From an uncultured Phycisphaerales bacterium (GTDB lineage Bacteria; Planctomycetota; Phycisphaerae; Phycisphaerales; SM1A02), in NCBI GenBank assembly GCA_938084645.1, contig CALKEP010000040.1, positions 1 to 49,285 of the forward strand: DNA of 49,285 nucleotides, written 5' to 3'. Positions 36,776 to 45,418 of this stretch are shown piece by piece. How positions within the stretch are numbered: position 1 is the stretch's first letter; the number at the start of each line of letters is the position of its first letter. The position numbers were made by a program, and so were the translations under genes. Under the pieces are notes generated by a model that saw only the letters and a list, made by a program, of their open reading frames with translations, was not told the origin of the DNA and searched no databases.

Positions 36776-37603
36776 GTGTTCTTGCATTTCCCACCCTCAG
36801 GGTGCAGCATGTACCGGGCGGTCCTCGACCGCCATATCTCCCCAGATCGGTGGCGAACAACGATTTCGGCAGGTTTCGGGTTTCAGACCCCGGTCGACAC
36901 GCTGTCCTCGACGGAGATTCCTCTCATTTCAACGATCCCGCATGGCCGACCGCTCATCGGTGTCACGGCCGATCTCGTCGACGACCAGATCCGCCTCCGG
37001 CGTGGTTACGCCAGAAGCGTGACGGATGCCGGCGGGATCGCGATCCCGCTCTTTCCCTGTCCCGGATCCGCCGCGGAGATCATCCCGCATCTCGACGGGT
37101 TGATCCTGAGCGGCGGCGACGACCCGGACACCACGGCCTTCGATCAACCCATCCATCCGTCGGCGACCCTCGTCGCGCCGGATCGCCAGGCCTTCGAGCT
37201 TGAACTGCTCGAACGGCTCGAGCACGACGCACCGGATCTCCCGGTCCTCGGAATATGCCTGGGAATGCAGATGATGGGCCTTCATGCCGGCGGCCATCTC
37301 GACCAGCACCTCCCCGATCACCTCGACACCGCGGATCAGCATCGGAACGGCGCAAGCCACCCCGTGCGAGGTCGACGGTTCGAAGGCGTGGTCCACAGTC
37401 ATCACGTCCAGGCACTGGATGATCCGGGCCGACTCGACGTCGTCGCGACGGCGCCGGACGGGGTGATCGAGGCCGTCGAAGCGACGGAACGTCGATACAT
37501 GGTGGGCGTCCAGTGGCATCCCGAACGAACCGACGATCCCATCACGGGGGCCGGCGTCTTCGAATCGTTCATCGCAGCCTGCCGCGAGGGCCGGCACGCA
37601 TGA
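36776..37603 (+). CDS. Class I glutamine amidotransferase, peptidase C26 / PuuD-like gamma-glutamyl hydrolase
   Basis: Motifs RPLIGVT, LSGGDD, GICLGMQ, SHHVQA, GVQWHPE. True start unclear; homology begins near 36947. Confidence 0.85.
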   Translation: MFLHFPPSGCSMYRAVLDRHISPDRWRTTISAGFGFQTPVDTLSSTEIPLISTIPHGRPLIGVTADLVDDQIRLRRGYARSVTDAGGIAIPLFPCPGSAAEIIPHLDGLILSGGDDPDTTAFDQPIHPSATLVAPDRQAFELELLERLEHDAPDLPVLGICLGMQMMGLHAGGHLDQHLPDHLDTADQHRNGASHPVRGRRFEGVVHSHHVQALDDPGRLDVVATAPDGVIEAVEATERRYMVGVQWHPERTDDPITGAGVFESFIAACREGRHA

Positions 37604-37791
37604 GCGTCGAAACCGTCGATTTCGGATGGAGTGAACGTCGAGGGCGGAACGTGGTTTCCCGCGACCCGCGGCCGGACATCGCGGACGCTTCTTCCGATAT
37701 TCGTGGATCCGGCGCGAACCCCCGGCGTGATTCCAACTTCGACGGGCACTGCGGAAACCGGGTGCTAGACTTCAGGTCGGGAGACCTTGCG

Positions 37792-38421
37792 GTGTCGGAT
37801 CCAGATGGAAACACGATCGATGACGACGCTTCGTCCGTGAAGTGCGTCATGCTGATCGCACCGGACGAGCACCCTCCCCAGCAACTGCTCGATCTCCTTC
37901 GGCAACCCTCCGCGTCCTCCTTCGAACGGGCGGAGCATCCGCTGCTCGCGGTCGCGCAACTCGCGACCCTCGAGCGAGCCCGGCGGATGCGGGCTGAATG
38001 GACGCCCGACCTCAACGAACGAACGGTGCTGGTGGTGGTCAATCGGGATGCCTGGCGGGACCTGGCCCCCCTCTTTCAGACGGTTCGAGAAGTCATGCCC
38101 AGCGTCGGAATCTGGGTCTGCACCGAACGGGTGGCGATCGAGGTGCATGCCGGCCAGCAGGTCGACGCCTCTGATCCTCACGAATACCGCCACGATCCGC
38201 ACGATCCGCTCGATCCGCCCGAGGGTCCGAAAACGGCTTCTGCCGAGGCTCGCGGTCTTCCGCTCGATTCGCTTCCACCCGCCGAGGACGAACCCGCGGT
38301 CCGAGAGGAGCGTACGTCGTTGACCGATGCGGAAATGCGGGACCTGCTCGACCTCTTCGGAGGCGACGATCTCGACGACCCCCCCTCGCTCGGAATCTCT
38401 GGAAGGGACGATCCCTCGTGA
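37792..38421 (+). CDS. Hypothetical protein with pseudo-receiver-like alpha/beta domain and acidic tail
   Basis: GTG at 37792 after GGGAG and an extended -10 TGcTAGACT (37763-37771); stop overlaps the GGDEF gene start (GTGA). Confidence 0.6.
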   Translation: MSDPDGNTIDDDASSVKCVMLIAPDEHPPQQLLDLLRQPSASSFERAEHPLLAVAQLATLERARRMRAEWTPDLNERTVLVVVNRDAWRDLAPLFQTVREVMPSVGIWVCTERVAIEVHAGQQVDASDPHEYRHDPHDPLDPPEGPKTASAEARGLPLDSLPPAEDEPAVREERTSLTDAEMRDLLDLFGGDDLDDPPSLGISGRDDPS

Positions 38422-39863
38422 CTGGCCCGGCCACCCTCAAACCCGACCTGTCCCGTGGCGACGTCGAGCGGATTCTGCTGGTCCATGGTGGCCTGGAGCA
38501 CACCGAGACCCTCGACCTGATCCGCGACACGATCTCCGGACGGACCGAGACCGTCGACGACGTCTATGAGGCCGTCGCCCGCGTCGGACTGTGCCGGGCG
38601 GACGAGGGGATCCGGACGGTCGTCGTCCCGGTCACGATTCCGGAGTTCTCCGCGGCGAGGATCATCGAGGCGTTCCGACTCGTGGACGGCCGGGTCCGAC
38701 TGGTACTGCTCGTCCCGACGGGTCGACACGACGCGATCGAGGCGGGTATCGCCGCAGGCTTCGACGATGCAGTCGAGATCCCGACCACGTCGACGAGGCT
38801 TCGAACCGCCCTCGGTGTCTCGACGCCGCGGGCTTCGATCCAGGATCAGCCGACCTCGACGAGCGACGCCGAGCATTCCGCGCCGCGGATCGAGCGGCCG
38901 CTCCCGCAGGAACCCACGCACCCCTCGACGCCCACCTCGAGCGACGAACCTGACGCGGACGATGCCCCGCTCATGGGGCCGGAGAGCCCCGAAGACCTCG
39001 GCGACGTCGATCTCGTCGGCAGTGTCATCGAGAACGACGGGATGGTCCGGTCGATCGCCCTCGCCATGATTCGAACCCACCTGCGAACGCAGGACGTGCA
39101 TCTGCTCCACCCGGAGGACGACGGCCACGGCGACGCCCGACCTTCGGCGCCGATCCACTTCTCCGGCACCATGCTCGGTTCGCTCGTCAGCACCACCATC
39201 GGAATCGACGATCTCACGAGATGGGCGGAGTGGCTCGGGCACTGGCTCGCGCTGGATCGCCACCTCCGCGGCCTCGAGACCCTCTGCGAGACGGATGAAC
39301 TCACCGGCGCCGGCAACCGAAGGGCCTTCGAGCGCATCCTGCTCGAGACGCTCGATTCCGCTCGACGCGAGCGACGGATCGTCACCTTGATGGTCTTCGA
39401 CATCGACGACTTCAAGAGGTACAACGACGAGTACGGTCACGAGGCCGGAGACGAAGTGCTCCGCGAGACCGTCGAGCTTCTCCGGGTCACGATTCGACGT
39501 GGAGACCACGTCTTCCGGATCGGCGGCGACGAGTTCGTGGTGATCTTCAGCGACCAGGAAGGCCCGCGCGGCGAGCGGTCGAATCCCCCGGAATCCGTCG
39601 AACAGATCGCTCACCGGTTCCAATCGCAGGTGTGCGACCTTCGATTCCCGCAGATCGGATTGAACGCGCCCGGCACCCTCAGCATCTCGGCGGGTCTCTC
39701 GACCTTCCCGTGGGACGGGCACGATGGACCGAGTCTTCTCCGCCACGCCGACCAACTCGCACTCGAGTCGAAGCGATCGGGCAAGAACGCCATCACGTTC
39801 GGTCCCGGAGCCCGGTCCAGATGTGATGCGGGCAATCGGCCGGACGAAGACTCCGGAGCATGA
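38418..39863 (+). CDS. Diguanylate cyclase (degenerate REC-like N-terminus plus GGDEF domain)
   Basis: Motifs TDELTGAGNRR, FDIDDFKRYNDEYGHEAGD, I-site RRGD, GGDEF. Confidence 0.92.
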   Translation: MTGPATLKPDLSRGDVERILLVHGGLEHTETLDLIRDTISGRTETVDDVYEAVARVGLCRADEGIRTVVVPVTIPEFSAARIIEAFRLVDGRVRLVLLVPTGRHDAIEAGIAAGFDDAVEIPTTSTRLRTALGVSTPRASIQDQPTSTSDAEHSAPRIERPLPQEPTHPSTPTSSDEPDADDAPLMGPESPEDLGDVDLVGSVIENDGMVRSIALAMIRTHLRTQDVHLLHPEDDGHGDARPSAPIHFSGTMLGSLVSTTIGIDDLTRWAEWLGHWLALDRHLRGLETLCETDELTGAGNRRAFERILLETLDSARRERRIVTLMVFDIDDFKRYNDEYGHEAGDEVLRETVELLRVTIRRGDHVFRIGGDEFVVIFSDQEGPRGERSNPPESVEQIAHRFQSQVCDLRFPQIGLNAPGTLSISAGLSTFPWDGHDGPSLLRHADQLALESKRSGKNAITFGPGARSRCDAGNRPDEDSGA

Positions 39864-39867
39864 CGCC

Positions 39868-40719
39868 GTGCCGAAGCGACGACCGATCCTCATCATCTCG
39901 GACATGCACCTCGGCCGGACCGGAATGGTGGCGACCGCCGATGAACTCGCGCCGCTGATCGAAGCGGTGGACATCCTCGTCGTCAACGGTGACACCGCCG
40001 AACTCCACATCGACGAATGGGCGGCGACGGCACGACGGGAGCTCGACGCGCTCCACGAGCGGTGCCGTCGATCCGAGACCCGCCTCGTGCTGCTCTCCGG
40101 CAATCACGATCCCGGGCTCTCGCCGCACCGACATCTCATGCTGGCCGGGGAATCGGTCTTCGTCACGCACGGGGACGCCGTCGATCCCGCGGTCGCGCCG
40201 TGGTCGGACTCCGCACGGCTCATTCGGGATCGGCGTCGCGAAGTGGAGGCGTCGCAGACGCCGGCGGAACGGGATTCCCTCGCCGGCGTCTTCCGCGCAT
40301 GTCGTGAAGCGGCGGAAGCGGAGTGGGAGGTGCACGGCGACCTCGGCGAGCCGACGACGATCCTCGACACCCTCCGCAAACCTCGAAAAATCGCGGCCAT
40401 CACGCGGTACTGGGTGCAGAACCCTCGTCGAATGAACGCCTTCGCGGATCGATTCGCGCCGAACAGCCGCGTGGTGATCGTCGGCCATTCGCATCGAGCC
40501 GGAATCCGGAGAATCGGCTCGCGCGACGTGATCAACACCGGCGCGTTCGGTGTTCCGGGACCCGCCCTCGGCGTGCTGATCGACGAAGACGGCCTCCACG
40601 TGCACCGGATCGTGAGGCGAAACGGATGGCGACTCTGCTCGACCGTGGTCCACCATGATCCACGTTCGACCGCCACTCGCGCCGAACTTCGCGCCGCGAT
40701 CCCGGCCGACGTCGCCTGA
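39868..40719 (+). CDS. Calcineurin-like metallophosphoesterase (LpxH-like motif set)
   Basis: Motifs ISDMHLG, NGD, GNHD, THGD, GHSH, NTG; likely GTG at 39868. Confidence 0.85.
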   Translation: MPKRRPILIISDMHLGRTGMVATADELAPLIEAVDILVVNGDTAELHIDEWAATARRELDALHERCRRSETRLVLLSGNHDPGLSPHRHLMLAGESVFVTHGDAVDPAVAPWSDSARLIRDRRREVEASQTPAERDSLAGVFRACREAAEAEWEVHGDLGEPTTILDTLRKPRKIAAITRYWVQNPRRMNAFADRFAPNSRVVIVGHSHRAGIRRIGSRDVINTGAFGVPGPALGVLIDEDGLHVHRIVRRNGWRLCSTVVHHDPRSTATRAELRAAIPADVA

Positions 40720-40732
40720 TCGGATTCTCCCG

Positions 40733-41602
40733 TCAGCCCCGCCCGGTGATGCGATTCGCGATCACAGCCGCCCGATCGACCGCGGCCCGGTCGATCCCCG
40801 TCTCCCAGCCATCCTCCTCGAGCAGATCCAGCAGCGATTCGGTCGCCAGGTTGCCGCTGGCCCCCGGGGCGAAGGGGCATCCACCGAGACCGGCGCAGCT
40901 CGAGTCGAAGGAACGGACACCACATCGAAGAGCCCGGTCGACGCCTGCGAGGGCCATGCCCTTCGTGTCGTGAAGATGGAGATCGATCCCCGAAACCGGG
41001 ACCACCGACGCCACCTCGTCGAGCACCGCCTCGATCTGATCGGGATCGGCCACGCCGAGCGTCTCGCCCAGCGCGATCTCGATGTCGCCGCCGGCGAGGT
41101 CGAGGAGAAGCCGAACGGTCGCGAGCACGTCCTCCGGATCGACCGGACCGTCGTACGGGCACCGCACCATGCAGGAGACGTATCCCCGCATCGGAAGGGA
41201 GGACTGTCGTGCCAGTTCGACCACCGGTCGAAAACGCTCGATCGACTCCTCGATCGACGCATTCAGGTTCTTCCGGCAGAAACCCTCGCTCGCCGAGGTG
41301 AAGATGGAGAGCTTGTCCGCACCCGACGCGATGGCGGCTTCCGCGCCCCGCTGGTTGGGACAGAGCACCGAGTAGGTGATCGAGGACTCGCGGGTGATTC
41401 CCGCCATCACCTCGGCGGCATCGGCGAGCTGCGGAACCCACCTCGGGCTCACGAAGCTGGTGACCTCGATCTCGGGAAAACCCGCCTCACCGAGCGCATC
41501 GACGAAGGCGATCTTCTCGGCGACGGGAACGAGCGCCGATTCATTCTGAAGCCCGTCCCGCGGGCCGACCTCGGTGATGCGAACCCGGCGATCCTCGGTC
41601 AT
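40733..41602 (-). CDS. Hydroxymethylglutaryl-CoA lyase
   Basis: Motifs EVGPRDGLQNE, SFVSPRWVPQ, HLHDT, GLGGCPFAPGASGN. Confidence 0.93.
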   Translation of the reverse strand: MTEDRRVRITEVGPRDGLQNESALVPVAEKIAFVDALGEAGFPEIEVTSFVSPRWVPQLADAAEVMAGITRESSITYSVLCPNQRGAEAAIASGADKLSIFTSASEGFCRKNLNASIEESIERFRPVVELARQSSLPMRGYVSCMVRCPYDGPVDPEDVLATVRLLLDLAGGDIEIALGETLGVADPDQIEAVLDEVASVVPVSGIDLHLHDTKGMALAGVDRALRCGVRSFDSSCAGLGGCPFAPGASGNLATESLLDLLEEDGWETGIDRAAVDRAAVIANRITGRG

Positions 41603-41790
41603 TCGGGTTCGTCCTCTCGTTCGGCATCCGCCACGCGACGTTCCTCCCGCATGATCGAGACGATCAACGCGGCGACGAATCCCACGACCAGCAGCGTGAG
41701 GAAGATCGCGGCGATGAAGAGCGCGATCTCCGCGGTGAACTCGAAGAGCCCCGTCTCCCCCCCCTCGATCGGCGCGGTGGGCGGCGTCAC
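41599..41790 (-). CDS. Small single-pass membrane protein (63 aa)
   Basis: GTG at 41790 overlaps the ygfZ-like stop, and its TGA overlaps the HMG-CoA lyase ATG. TM segment IALFIAAIFLTLLVVGFVAALIVSIM followed by a charged tail. Confidence 0.7.
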   Translation of the reverse strand: MTPPTAPIEGGETGLFEFTAEIALFIAAIFLTLLVVGFVAALIVSIMREERRVADAEREDEPE

Positions 41791-43043
41791 GCCGTGGACT
41801 CCACGTGATCGGCTCCGTCCGGAATCTCGAAGTCGAAGCCCGTCACCACCGCCGAGACGACTTCGCCTTCGGCGCTCATCAGCACGGGGGTCCCGGCCTT
41901 GGCGTGGGAGGCGCGGACGGAAGCGAGCCCGATCACCGCGGCCCCCCGCATCGGCGCGACCGTGCTGCCGGTGACCACGCCGATCTGGGTCGAGACCCCT
42001 TCCTTCGCGTCGAAGACCTGGGCCCCCGCGACGGGCAACGCATCCGTCGTCCCCCGCAAGCCGACCACTTCGCGCTTCGCACGACCACGGCTCTCCATGC
42101 GGGCCACGATCTCCTGGCCCGGATAGCAACCCTTCTTGAAACTCACGCGTTCCCTGATCAGTCCCGTCTCGTGCGGGAGGGCGTCGGGACCGAAGTCGAG
42201 GTGGAACAGCGGCGTTCCGGCTTCGAGTCGCGCGATGTTGAACGCGTTCCAGCCGATCGCCCGGACCGGCCGACGCCCCGACGGCGTGGTCTCGAGAATC
42301 CGGTCCCAGACGACCGTCGCGTCCGCGCGGTCGACGACGAGTCCGAAGCCCGGCTCCCCGACCGGGGATCCGGTGCCGGAGTCGAGCGCGAACACGGTCA
42401 CCGCGACCTCGCCGATCCGGAGATCGACGGCGTGTCCTCCGCGCGGCGTCTCGCCGCACAGCGCGTCGATGATCGCCGGGGATTCGGGTCCGACGAGATC
42501 CATCCGGTGTCGATCCTCGGCGTGATCGAGGATCTCGACATCCTCCGAGAACACGAATCCCTCGAGCGTCTCCACCACCCGTCCCGCGTCGGTGCGATCG
42601 AGCTCCACCAGCACCCTGCCCTCGCGTCGGATCAAGACCAGATCCGCGACGATCCGTCCGGTTCGCGCCAGCAGGAACGCCCGCACCACGTCCGCGGCGA
42701 CGCCGACGAACGCGTTGGTGACCAGCCGCTCGAGCAGATCCTGGGCATCACTTCCCACGATCTCGACCACCGCCCGATCGGGCCGGTCGAAGATCGCACT
42801 CGCCCGGCGGAGGGCGGCGTACTCCGCCTCCAACTCCCCGAAATCCAGAATGATCTCGCAGGTCGGCGTGGAACCGTCGCCCACCACGCCCCAGGGCACG
42901 GTGTCCGGCTCCATCGTCGCGGGTATGTGGCGCTCGACACCGTCGCCTCGAACCGTGGAAGCGGCGTCCGCCGCCTCCCGGCGATGCTCCAGCAGGCGTC
43001 TCAGAACGAGTCGATGGGCGTCTTTCAGAGGGCTCTGGTACAT
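41787..43043 (-). CDS. ygfZ: YgfZ/GcvT-like folate-binding protein (Fe-S cluster maintenance)
   Basis: Signature KGCYPGQE with GcvT-like architecture; ATG at 43043. Confidence 0.85.
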   Translation of the reverse strand: MYQSPLKDAHRLVLRRLLEHRREAADAASTVRGDGVERHIPATMEPDTVPWGVVGDGSTPTCEIILDFGELEAEYAALRRASAIFDRPDRAVVEIVGSDAQDLLERLVTNAFVGVAADVVRAFLLARTGRIVADLVLIRREGRVLVELDRTDAGRVVETLEGFVFSEDVEILDHAEDRHRMDLVGPESPAIIDALCGETPRGGHAVDLRIGEVAVTVFALDSGTGSPVGEPGFGLVVDRADATVVWDRILETTPSGRRPVRAIGWNAFNIARLEAGTPLFHLDFGPDALPHETGLIRERVSFKKGCYPGQEIVARMESRGRAKREVVGLRGTTDALPVAGAQVFDAKEGVSTQIGVVTGSTVAPMRGAAVIGLASVRASHAKAGTPVLMSAEGEVVSAVVTGFDFEIPDGADHVESTA

Positions 43044-43224
43044 GCTGCTCGCCGTCGACCGCTGGCCTTCGGGCCCGGAAATCCCGGCGGTCGACGCACC
43101 GCGATACCGCCTCTCCGGACCACGAACCCGGACCCGACGTCCGACCCGCACCGGAGGTCGCTAGTCTATCCCTTCCCGGGTTTCCCGAGGACTTCCCCAC
43201 CAGAACCGAAAGGTGAATCTGAAG

Positions 43225-44292
43225 ATGAACGTCGACCTGCTGAAGCGACTGTGCGAGATCCCCGGCATCCCCGGACGCGAGGAACGGGTCCGCGAGGTGA
43301 TCGAGGAGGAGATCGACGGCCTCTTCGACGAGATCGAGGTCGATCCGCTCGGAACCCTGATCTGCCGTCGCAAGGCGACCAAGAAGACTCGTGGCCGCAA
43401 GAAGCCCGGTTCGGTGCTGATCGCCGCGCACATGGACGAGATCGGCTTCTACATCCGCCACGTCGACGAGAACGGCTTCCTCTGGGTCAACGCCGCCGGC
43501 GGCTTCGACCCCCGCAACCTCTTCTCCCGCCGAGTGATGGTCTGCACCGACAGCGGTGACTTCGTCGGCGTGATGAATCCGGGCGGCAAGCCCATCCACA
43601 TCTCCAGCGCCGCCGAACGAAGCAAGGTCCCGGAAGTCTCCGAGTTCTTCATCGATCTCGGCATGCCCGCCGCCAAGGTCCAGAAGACCGTGAAGATCGG
43701 CGACTACGTCGTGATGCACGAACCGTTCCTCGACCAGCCGGAAAGCGTGGTCTCGAAGGCACTCGACAACCGGTTCGCCTGCTGGACCGCGATCGAAGCC
43801 GTCCGAAAGCTCGACCGTGCGAAGGGGGCGGCCGGAAACCACGCGCTCGACATCGTGGTGGCCTTCACGGTGCAGGAGGAAGTCGGGCTTCGCGGCGCGG
43901 TCGTCGCCGCGAATCGCGTGGGCGCCGACTACGGCATCGGACTCGACGTCACGCTCGCCTGCGACACCCCCGGCGTCCCGACCACCGAACGCGTCACCAA
44001 GCAGGGCGACGGCGCCGCGGTCATGGTCCAGGACAGCTCGATGATCGCGGACCATCGGCTCGTCGACGAATTCTGTGCCGTCGGTCGGAAGCATCGGATT
44101 CCACACCAGCGGTGCATCCTCGGCCGGGGCGGCCAGGATGGGGCCGCGATCCAGCGTTCCGGCACGGGCGCCCGATGCGTCGCGATCACGTCGGGGACCC
44201 GGTACATCCACACCGTCACGGAATCGATGAACAAGCGGGACGCCCAGGCCGCGGTCGATCTCCTCGCCGCCTGGTTGCACCAGGCGAAGTGA
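43225..44292 (+). CDS. M42-family (TET-like) metallo-aminopeptidase
   Basis: Motifs AAHMDEIG, KALDNR, QEEVGLRGA, LDV, RYIHT. Confidence 0.92.
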   Translation: MNVDLLKRLCEIPGIPGREERVREVIEEEIDGLFDEIEVDPLGTLICRRKATKKTRGRKKPGSVLIAAHMDEIGFYIRHVDENGFLWVNAAGGFDPRNLFSRRVMVCTDSGDFVGVMNPGGKPIHISSAAERSKVPEVSEFFIDLGMPAAKVQKTVKIGDYVVMHEPFLDQPESVVSKALDNRFACWTAIEAVRKLDRAKGAAGNHALDIVVAFTVQEEVGLRGAVVAANRVGADYGIGLDVTLACDTPGVPTTERVTKQGDGAAVMVQDSSMIADHRLVDEFCAVGRKHRIPHQRCILGRGGQDGAAIQRSGTGARCVAITSGTRYIHTVTESMNKRDAQAAVDLLAAWLHQAK

Positions 44293-44313
44293 GGGCGCCC
44301 GGGATCGGGGTGA

Positions 44314-45417
44314 TCAACCTTCGATCAACGTCCGCGCGAACATGGTGGCGGCATCGTCGAGTTCCGGGCCGAAGGCCTCGCGCATGCGAGCTCGTTCCTC
44401 GCCCGACCGCAGCAGCGTCAGGATGCTCGACTCGAGTGGTGGTATCGCCGCAGGACTTCGGACCGGATCCGTTCGCACGAGGACGGCGCCGGCCCTTGCA
44501 AGCATCTCGGCGTTCTTCGCCTGATGCTGGTCGGCGTGCCATGGATACGGGATCACGATCGCGGGGGTGCGACTCGCCGCAACCTCCGCGATCGAACTCG
44601 CGCCCCCCCGGGTGATCGCGAGGTCCGCGGCGCCCCAAGCATCGCCCATCCGCTCGAGGAAGGGTCGGACGACCGCCGGGATCCCGGACTCCGAATACGT
44701 CCGGTCGAGGGCGTCGACCATGTCCGGCCCCGCGAGATGCAGGATCTGCCAGCCGTCGAACCAGTCCTGATGGCGCACCACCAGATCAGCCATCATCCGA
44801 TCGATCGACGCGGCTCCCTGCGATGCACCGGTGACCAGAATCGTCGACAGATCCGGCCGGAGTCCCAGTGCTTCGCGGTGCCGCGACGCCGGCCCATCGG
44901 CAAGGACCGCTCGTCGAAGCGGCACCCCGATGGCATCACCGACGTCGGGAAGATCGCTCGGCACCGCCGTGAAGCGGCGGTCGGCACGACGCGCGATCCA
45001 ACGATTGGCACGACCCGCGACGGCGTCGAGATTCAGAAGATCGACGGGGACATCTCGACGGACCGCCTCCCAAACCACGGGTGGGGCGACGAATCCACCC
45101 AACGCGACGACGCGACACTCCTCGGCCGGGTCGAGCACCGCCCCGGCGATCCGACGGGTTGCGAACCAACCCTGAAGGAACCGGATCGCGACCTCGGGGC
45201 GGATCCCCGGACTTCGCGCCGGCGTGGGGCGATGGTCCCAACCGCCGGGGCCGAGCAGGCGAGCGTCGACGGCGCGATCGGAGCAGAGAAAGACGATTTC
45301 GATCGACGGTGCGATCTCGGCGAGTCGTTCCGCGACGGCGATTCCCGGGCCCACCGTACCGCCGGTGCCGCCGCCGGCGAACACGACTCGACGGAGTTCT
45401 GGCGTCGGAGCTCGCAT
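44314..45417 (-). CDS. murG: Lipid II synthase MurG (GT28), atypical first motif
   Basis: Motifs FAGGGTGG, GGFV, GRAN, GASQGA, RGGASSIAE, HQAKNA; directly downstream of ftsW. Confidence 0.85.
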   Translation of the reverse strand: MRAPTPELRRVVFAGGGTGGTVGPGIAVAERLAEIAPSIEIVFLCSDRAVDARLLGPGGWDHRPTPARSPGIRPEVAIRFLQGWFATRRIAGAVLDPAEECRVVALGGFVAPPVVWEAVRRDVPVDLLNLDAVAGRANRWIARRADRRFTAVPSDLPDVGDAIGVPLRRAVLADGPASRHREALGLRPDLSTILVTGASQGAASIDRMMADLVVRHQDWFDGWQILHLAGPDMVDALDRTYSESGIPAVVRPFLERMGDAWGAADLAITRGGASSIAEVAASRTPAIVIPYPWHADQHQAKNAEMLARAGAVLVRTDPVRSPAAIPPLESSILTLLRSGEERARMREAFGPELDDAATMFARTLIEG

Positions 45418-45418
45418 C

